Source: Desulforhopalus sp. (GTDB lineage Bacteria > Desulfobacterota > Desulfobulbia > Desulfobulbales > Desulfocapsaceae). From it: DNA of 64,000 nucleotides. The notes beneath the pieces are model-generated. The model had not been told where the DNA came from, made no database searches, and saw nothing but the letters and a program-made list of their open reading frames with translations. Of this stretch, positions 18,859-29,208 are shown piece by piece. Every line of letters begins with the position of its first letter. Position 1 is the first letter of the stretch. Both the position numbers and the translations under genes were made by a program. The stretch covers positions 3,087-67,086 of the forward strand of contig WTAT01000443.1 of NCBI GenBank assembly GCA_013139415.1. Direction: 5' to 3'.

Positions 18859-19929
18859 ATGTTTGAAAAATTTACGGATCTTGAAGATAAAATTTCTCAT
18901 CTGGAAGGCAGGTTGTCTGATCCCCAACTGGTAAGTGACCAGAAGGAATTTCAAAAAGTTGTTCGGGAGCACTCGAACCTCACCAAACTTAATGATCTCT
19001 ATCTGCAATATAAGAAAGTTCAGGACGATTTAGAAGAAAACAAAATGATACTTCATGATGAGGATGAAGATCAGGATCTTAAAGAACTCGCCAAAGCTGA
19101 GATTGAAGAACTTGTTGCCAAAGAGATACAGCTGGATCAGGCGATGAAGATCATTCTTCTCCCTAAAGATCCCAATGACGATAGAAATACCTTCCTGGAA
19201 ATTCGGGCAGGTACTGGTGGTGATGAAGCTGCTCTTTTTACAGGCGACCTGTTTCGGATGTACAGCCGATTTGCCGAGGACATGGGCTGGCGTGTTGAAG
19301 TTATGAGCTCAAACCCACTCGGAATTGGTGGGTTTAAAGAAATTATTGCCCTCATAAGCGGCGACCAAGTTTACTCAAAACTCAAATACGAGAGTGGAGT
19401 ACACCGCGTACAAAGGGTACCTGAGACAGAAACCCAGGGACGGATACATACCTCGGCCGTAACCGTGGCGATTTTACCTGAAGCCGATGAGGTGGATTTG
19501 AAAATCGACATGCATGAGTTAAAATTTGACGTTTTTCGTTCTTCCGGTCCGGGTGGTCAGTCTGTAAATACCACCGATTCTGCTGTTCGCGTAACCCATC
19601 TGCCCAGCGGGCTGGTGGTTATTTGCCAGGATGAAAAATCCCAGCATAAGAACAAGGCCAAGGCTTTGACCGTCCTTCGGGCGCGCTTACTTGACAAGCT
19701 TGAGCTAGAGCGTCACGACAAAATTTCCCAGAACAGAAAAAGTCAGATCGGCAGTGGTGATAGAAGCGAGAGAATCCGTACCTATAATTATCCACAGGGG
19801 CGAATGACCGACCATCGTATCAACCTTACCCTCTACAAGCTCGATTCAATAATGAGCGGTAAGCTTGAGGATGTGATATATCCACTTATTACCCATGATC
19901 AGTCCGAAAAACTCAAGGCGATCCAGTAA
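18859..19929 (+). CDS. prfA: peptide chain release factor 1
   Basis: [16 protein letters not shown] (PxT), [12 protein letters not shown]. Confidence 0.97.
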   Translation: MFEKFTDLEDKISHLEGRLSDPQLVSDQKEFQKVVREHSNLTKLNDLYLQYKKVQDDLEENKMILHDEDEDQDLKELAKAEIEELVAKEIQLDQAMKIILLPKDPNDDRNTFLEIRAGTGGDEAALFTGDLFRMYSRFAEDMGWRVEVMSSNPLGIGGFKEIIALISGDQVYSKLKYESGVHRVQRVPETETQGRIHTSAVTVAILPEADEVDLKIDMHELKFDVFRSSGPGGQSVNTTDSAVRVTHLPSGLVVICQDEKSQHKNKAKALTVLRARLLDKLELERHDKISQNRKSQIGSGDRSERIRTYNYPQGRMTDHRINLTLYKLDSIMSGKLEDVIYPLITHDQSEKLKAIQ

Positions 19930-19996
19930 GTATCATGAAAGTATTGTTTGCTTACCGTTCTAAGGGCCACTGGCAATTCTGTTGTCTGCCTCAGAC

Positions 19997-20869
19997 ATGC
20001 GGCTGGTAGACCTGCTTCACTTAGGAGAGTCTGCGTTGCAGACTGCTCTGCTGCCTGAATATGACCTTGATGCAAGGCTTCTGCTCGAATACTGCACTGG
20101 GAAAAGTAGAACAGAGATTTTTCTTGATGGTGGATCCGAGGTAAACCAGCAACTTCTCGATACCTATTCGCAGCTTTTGGAGCGTAGAACCAAACGAGAA
20201 CCTATTGCCTATATCCTAGGTGAACAGGAATTCTGGTCCTTGCCCTTTTTTGTCACTTCCGATGTTCTTATCCCCCGACCGGAAACCGAATTTTTGCTCG
20301 ATAGGGTTTTGGCACTGACCGTTTCAGAAAATTTACAAAAAGGACCTGTTCTTGACCTCTGTTGCGGCAGCGGGGTGATTGCAACCGTGCTTGCCAAAGA
20401 GACCGGAAGGACGATTTACGCCTCGGATATTTCTAAGAAAGCCTTAGATGTGACAAGGAAAAATGTAAAGCGACATTCTCTTGGTTCCCGGGTGGTTCTT
20501 GTTCAGGGAGATCTTTTCTCCCACTTTTCAGAGGAAAGTAACTTCTCTTTGATTGTCTCCAATCCTCCCTATGTGAGTAGTTTTGATGTTGCAAACAGTC
20601 TTTCACCAGAAGTGGGAGTGTTTGAGCCTCATTTAGCTCTTGATGGCGGAGCAGATGGACTTGAGCTCATCAAAGAGATTCGTGACGGCTTGGCGAAGGT
20701 TCTCGGCCCGGGGGGGCAATGTTTTATGGAGATTGGAGCAGACCAGGGCGAAGCGGTGAGGCTATTGTTTTTGGAAAAAGTTGCTGGTTTACCAGGTTTT
20801 CAGCATGTTGAAATACTTGTCGATTATGCGGGACGTGACCGGGTTGTCCATGTGAGGCTGGAAAAATGA
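19997..20869 (+). CDS. prmC: release factor glutamine methyltransferase
   Basis: [29 protein letters not shown]; follows prfA; exact start uncertain. Confidence 0.94.
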   Translation: MRLVDLLHLGESALQTALLPEYDLDARLLLEYCTGKSRTEIFLDGGSEVNQQLLDTYSQLLERRTKREPIAYILGEQEFWSLPFFVTSDVLIPRPETEFLLDRVLALTVSENLQKGPVLDLCCGSGVIATVLAKETGRTIYASDISKKALDVTRKNVKRHSLGSRVVLVQGDLFSHFSEESNFSLIVSNPPYVSSFDVANSLSPEVGVFEPHLALDGGADGLELIKEIRDGLAKVLGPGGQCFMEIGADQGEAVRLLFLEKVAGLPGFQHVEILVDYAGRDRVVHVRLEK

Positions 20870-20888
20870 GAAGAGGAAATTTCGGAAG

Positions 20889-22169
20889 ATGGAAAAATTA
20901 ATTATTGAAGGTGGCAGACCACTGTATGGAGAGGTGAGAATCAGTGGCGCAAAAAATGCGGCCTTGCCTCTTATGGCGGCAACACTGCTAGCTCCTGGTA
21001 AACACATTCTCCGAAATATGCCAGATTTGCGAGATACTCGTACCTTTGTTCGTCTAATGGAAAATCTCGGAGTTAAGAGTGAGCGAACCGGGGATGTTCT
21101 TCTTTTGGACACTACAAACCTGCTCCATACAGAGGCCCCTTATGAACTGGTTAAAACAATGCGGGCTTCGGTTCTTGTTTTAGGACCGCTTCTGGCAAGG
21201 TTTGGAAAAGCCAAAGTTTCCCTGCCGGGTGGTTGCGCGATCGGGGCGAGGCCTATTAATTTCCATATTATGGGACTGGAACGTTTAGGAGTAACCTGTA
21301 AACTGGAAGGTGGGTATGTCGATGCAAGCATAGACGGACCAATGCTTGGCAATGTCATTTACTTTGATATTCCTTCTGTAACCGGTACGGAAAATCTCCT
21401 CATGGCAGCGGTCCTGGCGGAAGGCACTACAGTGCTGAAGAATGCAGCACGAGAACCGGAGATCGGCAATCTTGTAGACATGCTGACCGGCATGGGGGCA
21501 AGAATTGAGGGTAAAGATACTGACAAACTGACCATCCATGGTGTATCACGTCTCATTCCAGCAGATTGTTCGATAATTCCTGATCGAATTGAGACAGGAA
21601 CATATCTCATTGCCATAGCAGCGAGCGGAGGGGCCGGTACAGTGACTAACTGCAATCCTTCTCATTTACCTTCGCTTCTTGAAAAACTTCGAGGGGTCGG
21701 ACTGAAGATAACCGAGACCGAAACTACAGTAAGCGTCGGTTGGTTTGACCAAGAGGATAAGCAGCGGGTGATAGAAAGTGTTGATATCAAGACAATGCCC
21801 TATCCCGGTTATCCGACTGACTTGCAGGCTCAGTTTATGGCACTCATGGCGCTTAGTTCCGACACCTGCGTAGTTAACGAGACTATTTTTGAAAATCGTT
21901 TCATGCATGTGGCTGAACTGCACAGAATGGGAGCCAAGATCAGGATTGATGGCCATTTTGCTGTTGTAACCGGTCAGGGATTAGATGGTTTGAACGGTGC
22001 TCCGGTTATGGCTACAGATCTTCGTGCCAGCTCTTCATTGGTGATCGCCGGTCTTGCTGCTTCTGGCCGATCTGAGATTTCTCGTATATATCATTTGGAG
22101 CGCGGGTATGAAAATCTTGTTGATAAACTTACCAGATTAGGTGCAAAGGTATGGAAAGAGCAGGAATGA
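20889..22169 (+). CDS. murA: UDP-N-acetylglucosamine 1-carboxyvinyltransferase
   Basis: [35 protein letters not shown]. Confidence 0.97.
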   Translation: MEKLIIEGGRPLYGEVRISGAKNAALPLMAATLLAPGKHILRNMPDLRDTRTFVRLMENLGVKSERTGDVLLLDTTNLLHTEAPYELVKTMRASVLVLGPLLARFGKAKVSLPGGCAIGARPINFHIMGLERLGVTCKLEGGYVDASIDGPMLGNVIYFDIPSVTGTENLLMAAVLAEGTTVLKNAAREPEIGNLVDMLTGMGARIEGKDTDKLTIHGVSRLIPADCSIIPDRIETGTYLIAIAASGGAGTVTNCNPSHLPSLLEKLRGVGLKITETETTVSVGWFDQEDKQRVIESVDIKTMPYPGYPTDLQAQFMALMALSSDTCVVNETIFENRFMHVAELHRMGAKIRIDGHFAVVTGQGLDGLNGAPVMATDLRASSSLVIAGLAASGRSEISRIYHLERGYENLVDKLTRLGAKVWKEQE

Positions 22170-22785
22170 CACTTTGAGCTCTGTAATCGAATTTATAAAA
22201 AAGTATAAGGAAAGACTGTCTCTGTTCGGACTCGGATTAGCTTTCATCGTTTTTATCGTGGGTGGAATATACTTGCAGAAGGCTAATAAACGAGAGAAAG
22301 AACCTTTGGTTGTAGTTTCTCCCAAAAGTGTGAAACTTCAAATTAAACAAGAGGAAAAAGGACAAAAGAAGACTGAAGATACTGGGACAAATTCCACCTA
22401 TTTCCTCAAACCATCTCCCGAAGAACTTTTAGAGCAGTTGGCTTCGATGGAAAATCTCAATGAGGATGTTATTAACTCGAAATTTGCACATCTGCCGGTT
22501 CTGTGGCCAGCTTATTTTTTCACCCTCCGGCAAACAGAGAATGGTCGGACCAGTGTATTACTGGATGTGTCAGAAGATGGCTTTGGGGTGGTGATAGAGA
22601 GCGAGGTGGATCTCACTGTCTATCCACAGCTGCAAGAGCTGCCCAGTGGCAAAAAAATATGGATTGGTGGGGAAATACTAGCTGTTGATCGGGCGGGGAC
22701 AGGTACAATTTATCTCAAAACTGAACAGCTCAGGTTCAGTGCTGAGGCTCCTTTTGCGCAAAATCCTGAGGAAACGAAAAACTAA
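22141..22785 (+). CDS. hypothetical single-pass membrane protein
   Basis: N-terminal TM ([18 protein letters not shown]) then a soluble domain; coupled to murA; start uncertain. Confidence 0.65.
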   Translation: MQRYGKSRNDTLSSVIEFIKKYKERLSLFGLGLAFIVFIVGGIYLQKANKREKEPLVVVSPKSVKLQIKQEEKGQKKTEDTGTNSTYFLKPSPEELLEQLASMENLNEDVINSKFAHLPVLWPAYFFTLRQTENGRTSVLLDVSEDGFGVVIESEVDLTVYPQLQELPSGKKIWIGGEILAVDRAGTGTIYLKTEQLRFSAEAPFAQNPEETKN

Positions 22786-22835
22786 ATCAGTTGCAAGTCT
22801 TTTGAAATATTGCCAACAGGGATTGCTGATAATCT

Positions 22836-24536
22836 TTATTGAGGCAGGGGAAGGGTTATGGTGAATATTCCTCCTCCCGCTTCTCCGTTTTGCACAGTGA
22901 TAGTGCCATGATGCTCGTCGATGGTCTGTTTGACGATCGCCAGTCCCAGTCCTGTCCCATCTGCTCGAGTCGTGTAAAATGGTTCGAATATTTGCTCCCT
23001 CATATTTACATCAACGCCCTGGCCATTGTCACTAAATGAAATTTCAATCGCATCACAGTCATTTTCGGTTGTTGTTTCATAGGCGTTGATGGTGATACGT
23101 TCATTCCCTGCCGGACAAAATGCCAAACCATTTAGAATAAAATGGTTGAAAACTGTAAACATATGTTTCTCGTCTGCCCATATATCAATTGATCCCTTAA
23201 AGTCGAGAACCACCTGTGCTGTAGTCGGCCAAGTAGGATCAGCTCTCAGGACCTGCAGGACTTCGTCCAGGCAACTGCGTAGCGAAAACCAGTTGCAATG
23301 GCAATGTTCAGGTCGTGAGAATCTTAAAAAATCCGCAATAGTTCTAATCAATCGGTTGGATTCTCTTTGGATGATGTTGGTCAATTCAAAATTAGCATAG
23401 CTCTTGGTTCCTTCTGTCGAAAACTCATTAGCCAATATTTGAGCAGAACCGGATATAGCTGCGAGTGGATTACGAAAATCGTGGGCAATGCTGGCACTCA
23501 TCATACCTATGGCCGCGAGTTTTTCCGTTTGTCTGACCTGGTGCTCGAGCTTTTCGATTTCACTGATATCCCGGAGAGTGATGATCTTGTGCGGTGGTTC
23601 TGAACTTTGCTGATCGATCTTCGACCCTTGGATGATCATATGGGCATAACCTATTCGGACCGTATTGCCATCATCTTTTAGAAAATCTGTGGTTAGTCTG
23701 CGGTTCGCCTCTGACAGCTCGATGTTTGGAAAAACCGCCGCAAGGTTTTGGCCTACCAACTCCAGAGAAGTGCTGCATCCTATTAAATTTTCGACGGCGG
23801 CATTGGCAGAAGTGATGATACCTTGTTCATCAATAGTTAGTATTCCAGTAGAAATGTTATCAAATATCTTCTTGTAAAGATTGGCGAGGCGATCAAAATT
23901 CTTCAGTGAATCACTGAGTGCATTTTCTGTTTTCTGAAGGCGTCTGCCGAACAGGGCGCTGAGGACAGCGGCAAGAAAAAATGTTAGCCCGTGAACGGAA
24001 AAATGGTTGAGGATTACCATGGGCGAGTTGGGGGAATACGTAAGATACTCTTGTAGATAAGCAGGATACCACCCATGAAACTCCAGAAAAAGGATCGTCC
24101 CCAATTGAAGAGTCGCAGCAGCAGCGGCCATTAGTCCACCTTTTCTTGGGAGGATGAGACCTCCGGCCACAATGGGAAAAAAGAAAACAGAAGTGAAAAT
24201 GGAACTGGATGAACCGGAAAAGAAGATGAGCGAAGCTGCAAAACAGGTGTCAATGAGGGTCTGGATAAAGCCGAACTTTCGGAGGTTTCCCTGGTAAATC
24301 AGCAGTAAAAAAGCGGAGAAAATTGTTGTCGGATAAACTATCAGGAGTAGTAAAACGAACAAATTAGAGGGGATAACGATAATATCAAACTGCGAGCTTT
24401 GAAAGATATAACTGATGGCCAGCAGTAAGGTATAGAGAATAATACGCAGCAAGAGCATCCAGAGCAGCTGGTGTCTGAGGAGTTGATCTGTACTGACAGT
24501 ATTACGGGACCGGGCTAAAAGAGTGGAAAAATCCAT
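22836..24536 (-). CDS. PilS-like PAS sensor histidine kinase
   Basis: Multiple N-terminal TMs, PAS, AHDFRNPL H-box, DNGQG, FEPFYTT, GTGLGL. Confidence 0.88.
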   Translation of the reverse strand: MDFSTLLARSRNTVSTDQLLRHQLLWMLLLRIILYTLLLAISYIFQSSQFDIIVIPSNLFVLLLLIVYPTTIFSAFLLLIYQGNLRKFGFIQTLIDTCFAASLIFFSGSSSSIFTSVFFFPIVAGGLILPRKGGLMAAAAATLQLGTILFLEFHGWYPAYLQEYLTYSPNSPMVILNHFSVHGLTFFLAAVLSALFGRRLQKTENALSDSLKNFDRLANLYKKIFDNISTGILTIDEQGIITSANAAVENLIGCSTSLELVGQNLAAVFPNIELSEANRRLTTDFLKDDGNTVRIGYAHMIIQGSKIDQQSSEPPHKIITLRDISEIEKLEHQVRQTEKLAAIGMMSASIAHDFRNPLAAISGSAQILANEFSTEGTKSYANFELTNIIQRESNRLIRTIADFLRFSRPEHCHCNWFSLRSCLDEVLQVLRADPTWPTTAQVVLDFKGSIDIWADEKHMFTVFNHFILNGLAFCPAGNERITINAYETTTENDCDAIEISFSDNGQGVDVNMREQIFEPFYTTRADGTGLGLAIVKQTIDEHHGTITVQNGEAGGGIFTITLPLPQ

Positions 24537-24541
24537 GCGTG

Positions 24542-25924
24542 TCAGCTCAAACCATATTTTTTAATTTTATAGCGAAGAGAACGAAAACTGATCTGTAGGA
24601 GTTCCGCCGCTTTCATCTTCGAATTGTTGGTTTTGGTCAGGGTATGGGAAATGAGGCGTTTTTCAAGATTGGCGATTACCTTTTCAATACCGATGTCATA
24701 GAGTTCCTCTTCACTTTCGGCGGCTTGCATGAGAGGGTTGGAGGATAATGACGGGGTCTCAGACTGAGATTCTTTAATGCCGGCTGCGAAAGTGAGACTT
24801 TCCGGAAGAATAATGTTGGAGCTTTCCAGAGCAACGCCCCGTTCAATTATATTCTCCAGTTCTCGTACATTGCCAGGGAAATTGTAATTCATCAGCACCT
24901 GCAGGGCATACGATGATATTTCCTGTATTTCCTTACCGAGTCGGCGGGAATATTTCTTTAGAAAATGATCTACGAGCAATGGAACATCGTCTTTTCTTTC
25001 CCTGAGCGATGGAACTCGCAACGGGACAACAGCCAATCTATAAAAGAGATCTTCCCTGAATCGACCGGCTCTGATTTCTTCCTCGAGAATTTTGTTGGTA
25101 GCAGCGATGATCCGGACATTAATTCTTCTGGTTCGAGTACCACCAACCGGCTTAATCTCTCTTTCCTGTAGTACCCGTAAGAGTTTGGTTTGGATAATTG
25201 GGGTCAGTTCACCGATTTCGTCGAGAAAAGCCGTGCCGTTGTCTGCCTCATTAAAAAGGCCGGATTTGTCATTGATTGCACCGGTAAATGATCCTTTTAC
25301 ATGGCCAAATAGTTCACTTTCCATGAGATCTTCGGGGATAGCACTACAGGTGATCGGAACGAAGTTGTGGGAGGCGACTTTACTGTGATCATGAATTGCC
25401 TGGGCGACCAGTTCCTTACCTGTTCCTGACTCGCCATAGATTAGGACATTAGCAGGAGTTGGTGCAACGCGTCTGATCATGTCAAATATCTTCAACATTT
25501 CCCGACTGTTTCCAATGATCTCGGGAAAGGTAGCGCTCAGTTCCTGAGGCTTGTTATTGATTACATTTTTGTTGGTTGCCGATTCTATGACTGATTTGAT
25601 TTCGTCGACGTTAAAAGGTTTGCTGATATAATCAAAAGCGCCGTTTTTCATCGCCAGAACAGCATCATCAGGAGAGGCAAAGGCAGTAATCAAGATTATT
25701 GGCAGCTCAGGGGATTGCTCTTTGACTGTTTCCAGGAGTTCGATCCCCGTCATGCCTGGCATACGGATATCACTGACAATGACGTCAATCGACAGTTTGT
25801 CGAGAGTATCCAGTGCGTTTGCACCACTGTTTGCTGTAGTTACCTCATGACCTTCTTTTTCCAGAAGAATCTTAAGAAAATCTCGCATGCTGCGTTCATC
25901 GTCGACAATTAATACCGAGGCCAT
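24542..25924 (-). CDS. PilR-like sigma54-dependent response regulator
   Basis: REC domain, GESGTGKE, ESELFGHVKGSFTGA, FREDLFYRL, C-terminal HTH. Confidence 0.92.
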   Translation of the reverse strand: MASVLIVDDERSMRDFLKILLEKEGHEVTTANSGANALDTLDKLSIDVIVSDIRMPGMTGIELLETVKEQSPELPIILITAFASPDDAVLAMKNGAFDYISKPFNVDEIKSVIESATNKNVINNKPQELSATFPEIIGNSREMLKIFDMIRRVAPTPANVLIYGESGTGKELVAQAIHDHSKVASHNFVPITCSAIPEDLMESELFGHVKGSFTGAINDKSGLFNEADNGTAFLDEIGELTPIIQTKLLRVLQEREIKPVGGTRTRRINVRIIAATNKILEEEIRAGRFREDLFYRLAVVPLRVPSLRERKDDVPLLVDHFLKKYSRRLGKEIQEISSYALQVLMNYNFPGNVRELENIIERGVALESSNIILPESLTFAAGIKESQSETPSLSSNPLMQAAESEEELYDIGIEKVIANLEKRLISHTLTKTNNSKMKAAELLQISFRSLRYKIKKYGLS

Positions 25925-26159
25925 GGCCACCTTCAAAGAATTGAGGCTAAATTTTAATCAGCTGTTCCGGCTGGAGGTAATCGCTACCGGATGTATAATA
26001 AAAGGTATGATCTGATCATATCTTAAATAGTGACAAGAGACAAGTTGGGGATAAGGCAATGGCTTGAGAAATGAATGTAACTTCGAAAGGTTCTCGTAAT
26101 TGTTTCAATCCAGGTACCTATTCAGGTACATGCAAGAAACCTGAAAATACCACGGACTC

Positions 26160-26281
26160 TAACTGTTCAGCAGTGTTCCAGGTGTGCTCAAGCAGGTCGA
26201 TCAGCAGATAAGCGAAGACTTCGATACATTTGTATGCTGGGCGAACTGATCGTGCACAGATGGGGTGCTGCTGAACAGTTA
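26160..26281. mobile_element. MITE family D
   Basis: Perfect 14-bp TIRs TAACTGTTCAGCAG / CTGCTGAACAGTTA; internal palindrome interrupted by a 17-18 bp insert. Confidence 0.7.
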
Positions 26282-26373
26282 CCAATCCAGGATCTAACAA
26301 AGTCCCGGCACATGTGGAGTGATGTCATGAGCAGGGACAGAGAGAACTTTTTTTGCGGGCAGGTTTTGCAGTT

Positions 26374-27039
26374 TTATTCCATCAAAGCGGCAGTAATAGC
26401 TTTAGCTGTTTCTGTGGACAACTTTTGATCGATGAGTTGCTGTGCTGCTTCAACTTCGACTCGATTTGCTTTCAGATCGTCTTGAAATTGTTGGATCGTC
26501 AATGCATCGTGAACTATTTTTGCCTGCAAGCTCGCATCCTGTGGCAGATTGGCCTGGCTCTCCAGGAGACCGCAAATCTCAAGAACCATTGGTTCACTGG
26601 CTCCCACTTTTTGAAGGATTGACCGGGTTCCTTCGAGTCCTGTTCCGTGAAGATAGGCCGCACATAGGATGACGGCAAGATTCCCTCCTTCTAATTTACC
26701 GATATTTTCAGCGTGCCTGGCTGCATTAGTGGCTTGACGGATGCTTTTGAAATCCGTTTTAAAGTAGCGCTTCATTTCAACAGCAACTTTATCTTTTAGC
26801 AAATCTTCCCTTGATCCCATAAATTCTTCAGGGAGTGTTCCCATACATTGTTCGGCAAACTGGCAATAGGAGGCACAACCAAAATCCATTTTGGGGTTTA
26901 CAAAGCGATAGTCGCAATTACTACATTTTCTAGTAGTATCATCTTTGTAAAACTCAATAGACGTACCGCATTTTGGACAGTCCGCATTAAAGATCGCATC
27001 ATCTTTCCAGTATTTCATATCCTGGCCTGGGCATTTCAT
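26374..27039 (-). CDS. Zn-ribbon plus degenerate HD-like domain protein
   Basis: MKCPGQD, CPKC, CSNC, CASYC..AEQC; AAYLHGT and IVHDA resemble HD-domain motifs. Confidence 0.7.
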   Translation of the reverse strand: MKCPGQDMKYWKDDAIFNADCPKCGTSIEFYKDDTTRKCSNCDYRFVNPKMDFGCASYCQFAEQCMGTLPEEFMGSREDLLKDKVAVEMKRYFKTDFKSIRQATNAARHAENIGKLEGGNLAVILCAAYLHGTGLEGTRSILQKVGASEPMVLEICGLLESQANLPQDASLQAKIVHDALTIQQFQDDLKANRVEVEAAQQLIDQKLSTETAKAITAALME

Positions 27040-27082
27040 AAAAAATCTCCTGAAAATGTAAGCAGTAACTGCATGGTTTATT

Positions 27083-27112
27083 CTAGGAGCCTATTCTCGG
27101 ACAGGCTCCTAG
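27083..27112. repeat. collapsed remnant of MITE family C
   Basis: CTAG-GAGCCT-ATTCTCGGACAGGCTC-CTAG: both ends of the 18666 element with the interior missing. Confidence 0.65.
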
Positions 27113-27217
27113 GCTAAATTTTTTGTTATTAATGACTGAAGTATACAGTCAACTATGTGAATGCCTTTGATATAGGTCAAGAAATAGGTCAAGAAATGAA
27201 ATTTTTATCTCGTTGGC

Positions 27218-27254
27218 AAAAAAAAGGGAAATACACTAAGACTGTATTTCCCCC
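27218..27254 (-). terminator. intrinsic terminator after the CooC-like gene
   Basis: GGGAAATACA / TGTATTTCCC stem with a U-run on the minus strand. Confidence 0.6.
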
Positions 27255-27278
27255 CATAAAAATGAAGTTAAACGGGAA

Positions 27279-28043
27279 TTAAGCAACAACCGGGCACTGC
27301 TCTTCCATGAGTGTCTCAATGGCGACAACAGAGAGAGAATCATCGGGCAATTCGAGCAGGGAGCGACGTTCCATGTCGAATTCAAGCAACGCGGGATCAT
27401 TGGGAATAATACCTGCTATAGGCAGGCCTATTTCTTCAACTTCTGCGAGAAAGGCATCGCTGAGCTCTTCTGGGCCCCGAGTGACGATAATTGCCAGATT
27501 CTTGACATCAAGCTTCAATCCTTGAAGCATTGTGTTGATTCGACGAACAGCTCTCAAGCCTCGCAAGGAATAGTCGGTGACCAGATACAGCATATCGACA
27601 TGGCCGCTGGTACGTCGGCTCAGGTGTTCCATTCCGGCCTCGTTATCGACGATCATATATTTATAGTGGGCACTAAGTTTGTCAGTAAAATTATTCAGGA
27701 TGTTATTCACCATGCAATAACAGCCCTGTCCTTCTTGTCTCCCCATAACGAGGAGATCAAATGTCGGTTTTTCAATCAGTGCTTGTTCTACAAGAAGTTC
27801 CAGGTAATTAACTTTGTCCATGCCGGAAGGGATACCTTGCGGATCTTTCATATAGGTTTCACGAATATCACCTATAGTACTGGGTACATCCAGTCCAATC
27901 GTTTCACCCAGATTGCTGTTCGGATCGGCATCCACTGCAAGAACAGGGGATAGACCTGCAACACTCATATAACGGAGAACCAGTGATGCCACAGTTGTTT
28001 TACCAACACCGCCTTTTCCGGCAAACGCTATAACTTTGCTCAT
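27279..28043 (-). CDS. cooC: CooC/AcsF-type nickel-insertion ATPase
   Basis: AGKGGVGKTT deviant Walker A, VDADPNSNL, GCYC, DNEAGMEHLSR. Confidence 0.88.
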   Translation of the reverse strand: MSKVIAFAGKGGVGKTTVASLVLRYMSVAGLSPVLAVDADPNSNLGETIGLDVPSTIGDIRETYMKDPQGIPSGMDKVNYLELLVEQALIEKPTFDLLVMGRQEGQGCYCMVNNILNNFTDKLSAHYKYMIVDNEAGMEHLSRRTSGHVDMLYLVTDYSLRGLRAVRRINTMLQGLKLDVKNLAIIVTRGPEELSDAFLAEVEEIGLPIAGIIPNDPALLEFDMERRSLLELPDDSLSVVAIETLMEEQCPVVA

Positions 28044-28164
28044 ACAAATCTCCAAATAAAAGGTACTAAAAATAAAAGGTACTAAGCAAATGATGAAATT
28101 CATTCGCATTCTGCCATAATTTGGCATTCTTCTTAACTCAGATGAATAGTAAACATTTTCAGAG

Positions 28165-28215
28165 AAAAAAAAAGAAAAAACCACCTCATCCGGTGCAGAT
28201 GTAGAGGTGGTTTTT
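28165..28215 (-). terminator. intrinsic terminator after the hdrB-like gene
   Basis: AAAAACCACCTC ... GAGGTGGTTTTT stem with a long U-tract on the minus strand. Confidence 0.65.
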
Positions 28216-28269
28216 GTGACTTAGGATTTATTTTTCTTGTTTTTTGTAAATGATAGTGCGAATGGTTTG

Positions 28270-29208
28270 TTAAGCGGCAACCGCTGGTTTTGGTTTTCTC
28301 TTCCTCTTTTTCTTTTCCTCCACCGGAGGACCTAAAAGGGATTTAATACGCTGAATATCATCAGCTTCGATGGTGCTGTTTTGTTCGATCCCAAGAGCTT
28401 GCTCATCAATTCCGAGACAAAGTCCGAGAAGTTGCGGGTAGAGGAGAACTGGTAGAAGTTTTTCAGAAGCCTTTTCGCCTCGCATATTTTTCTGTGTAGT
28501 GTCAAATTGCAGGTGGCAGTATGAGCAGATAGGGATAATATAATCGGCTCCAGCGGTTTGGGCCCCGGTGATTTTTTCTCTCAGCAGCTTTTTGGAGAGT
28601 TCATCGTTTATTCCAGCAAGTGCTGCTCCACAACATTCAAGCCTTCCTCGCCAATCAAGGCTATTTACTCCTGTGGTCTGAAGAAGTTCTTCGGTAATTC
28701 TAGGGACAAAGGAATCATCGAAAGTGGTAATCTCTCTGGGCCTCAGGATATGACAGCCGTGAATCACGGAAATGTTAAGATCCTTAAACCGGTTAACGAG
28801 TTGGGTTTTGATCATTTCCGTTCCGACATCTTCATGGAGTACAGTCAGGTAATGTTTTATCTGCACGTTTCCCTGATACTTCAGATCTTCTTTGGCCAGA
28901 AAACCGTTCAGTTCATCTTTCAAATTGCTGTTTTCCGCCATTACCTTTTTTGCCTTTTGCAGGCTGGCAAAACAACAGTTACATATAACCAGGATATCAA
29001 GGTTCATTTTCTCGGCAATGGCCATATTTCTCACTGATGGGAGAAGATAGGCCTTTTCGTCAACATTGCGTGCGGGATAGCCACAGCAGTTGAAATCCGG
29101 AACAACTTCCAATTCTATGCCAAACTTATTTAATACGGCTTCGGTGGAAGTCGCGTACTGCTGGATACGTATAGGGATGTTGCACCCCTGAAAGAATGCG
29201 TATTTCAT
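28270..29208 (-). CDS. hdrB: heterodisulfide reductase subunit B-like (two CCG domains)
   Basis: FQGC, NCCGYP, ICNCC, HGCH, ECCGA, ICSYC. Confidence 0.88.
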   Translation of the reverse strand: MKYAFFQGCNIPIRIQQYATSTEAVLNKFGIELEVVPDFNCCGYPARNVDEKAYLLPSVRNMAIAEKMNLDILVICNCCFASLQKAKKVMAENSNLKDELNGFLAKEDLKYQGNVQIKHYLTVLHEDVGTEMIKTQLVNRFKDLNISVIHGCHILRPREITTFDDSFVPRITEELLQTTGVNSLDWRGRLECCGAALAGINDELSKKLLREKITGAQTAGADYIIPICSYCHLQFDTTQKNMRGEKASEKLLPVLLYPQLLGLCLGIDEQALGIEQNSTIEADDIQRIKSLLGPPVEEKKKRKRKPKPAVAA

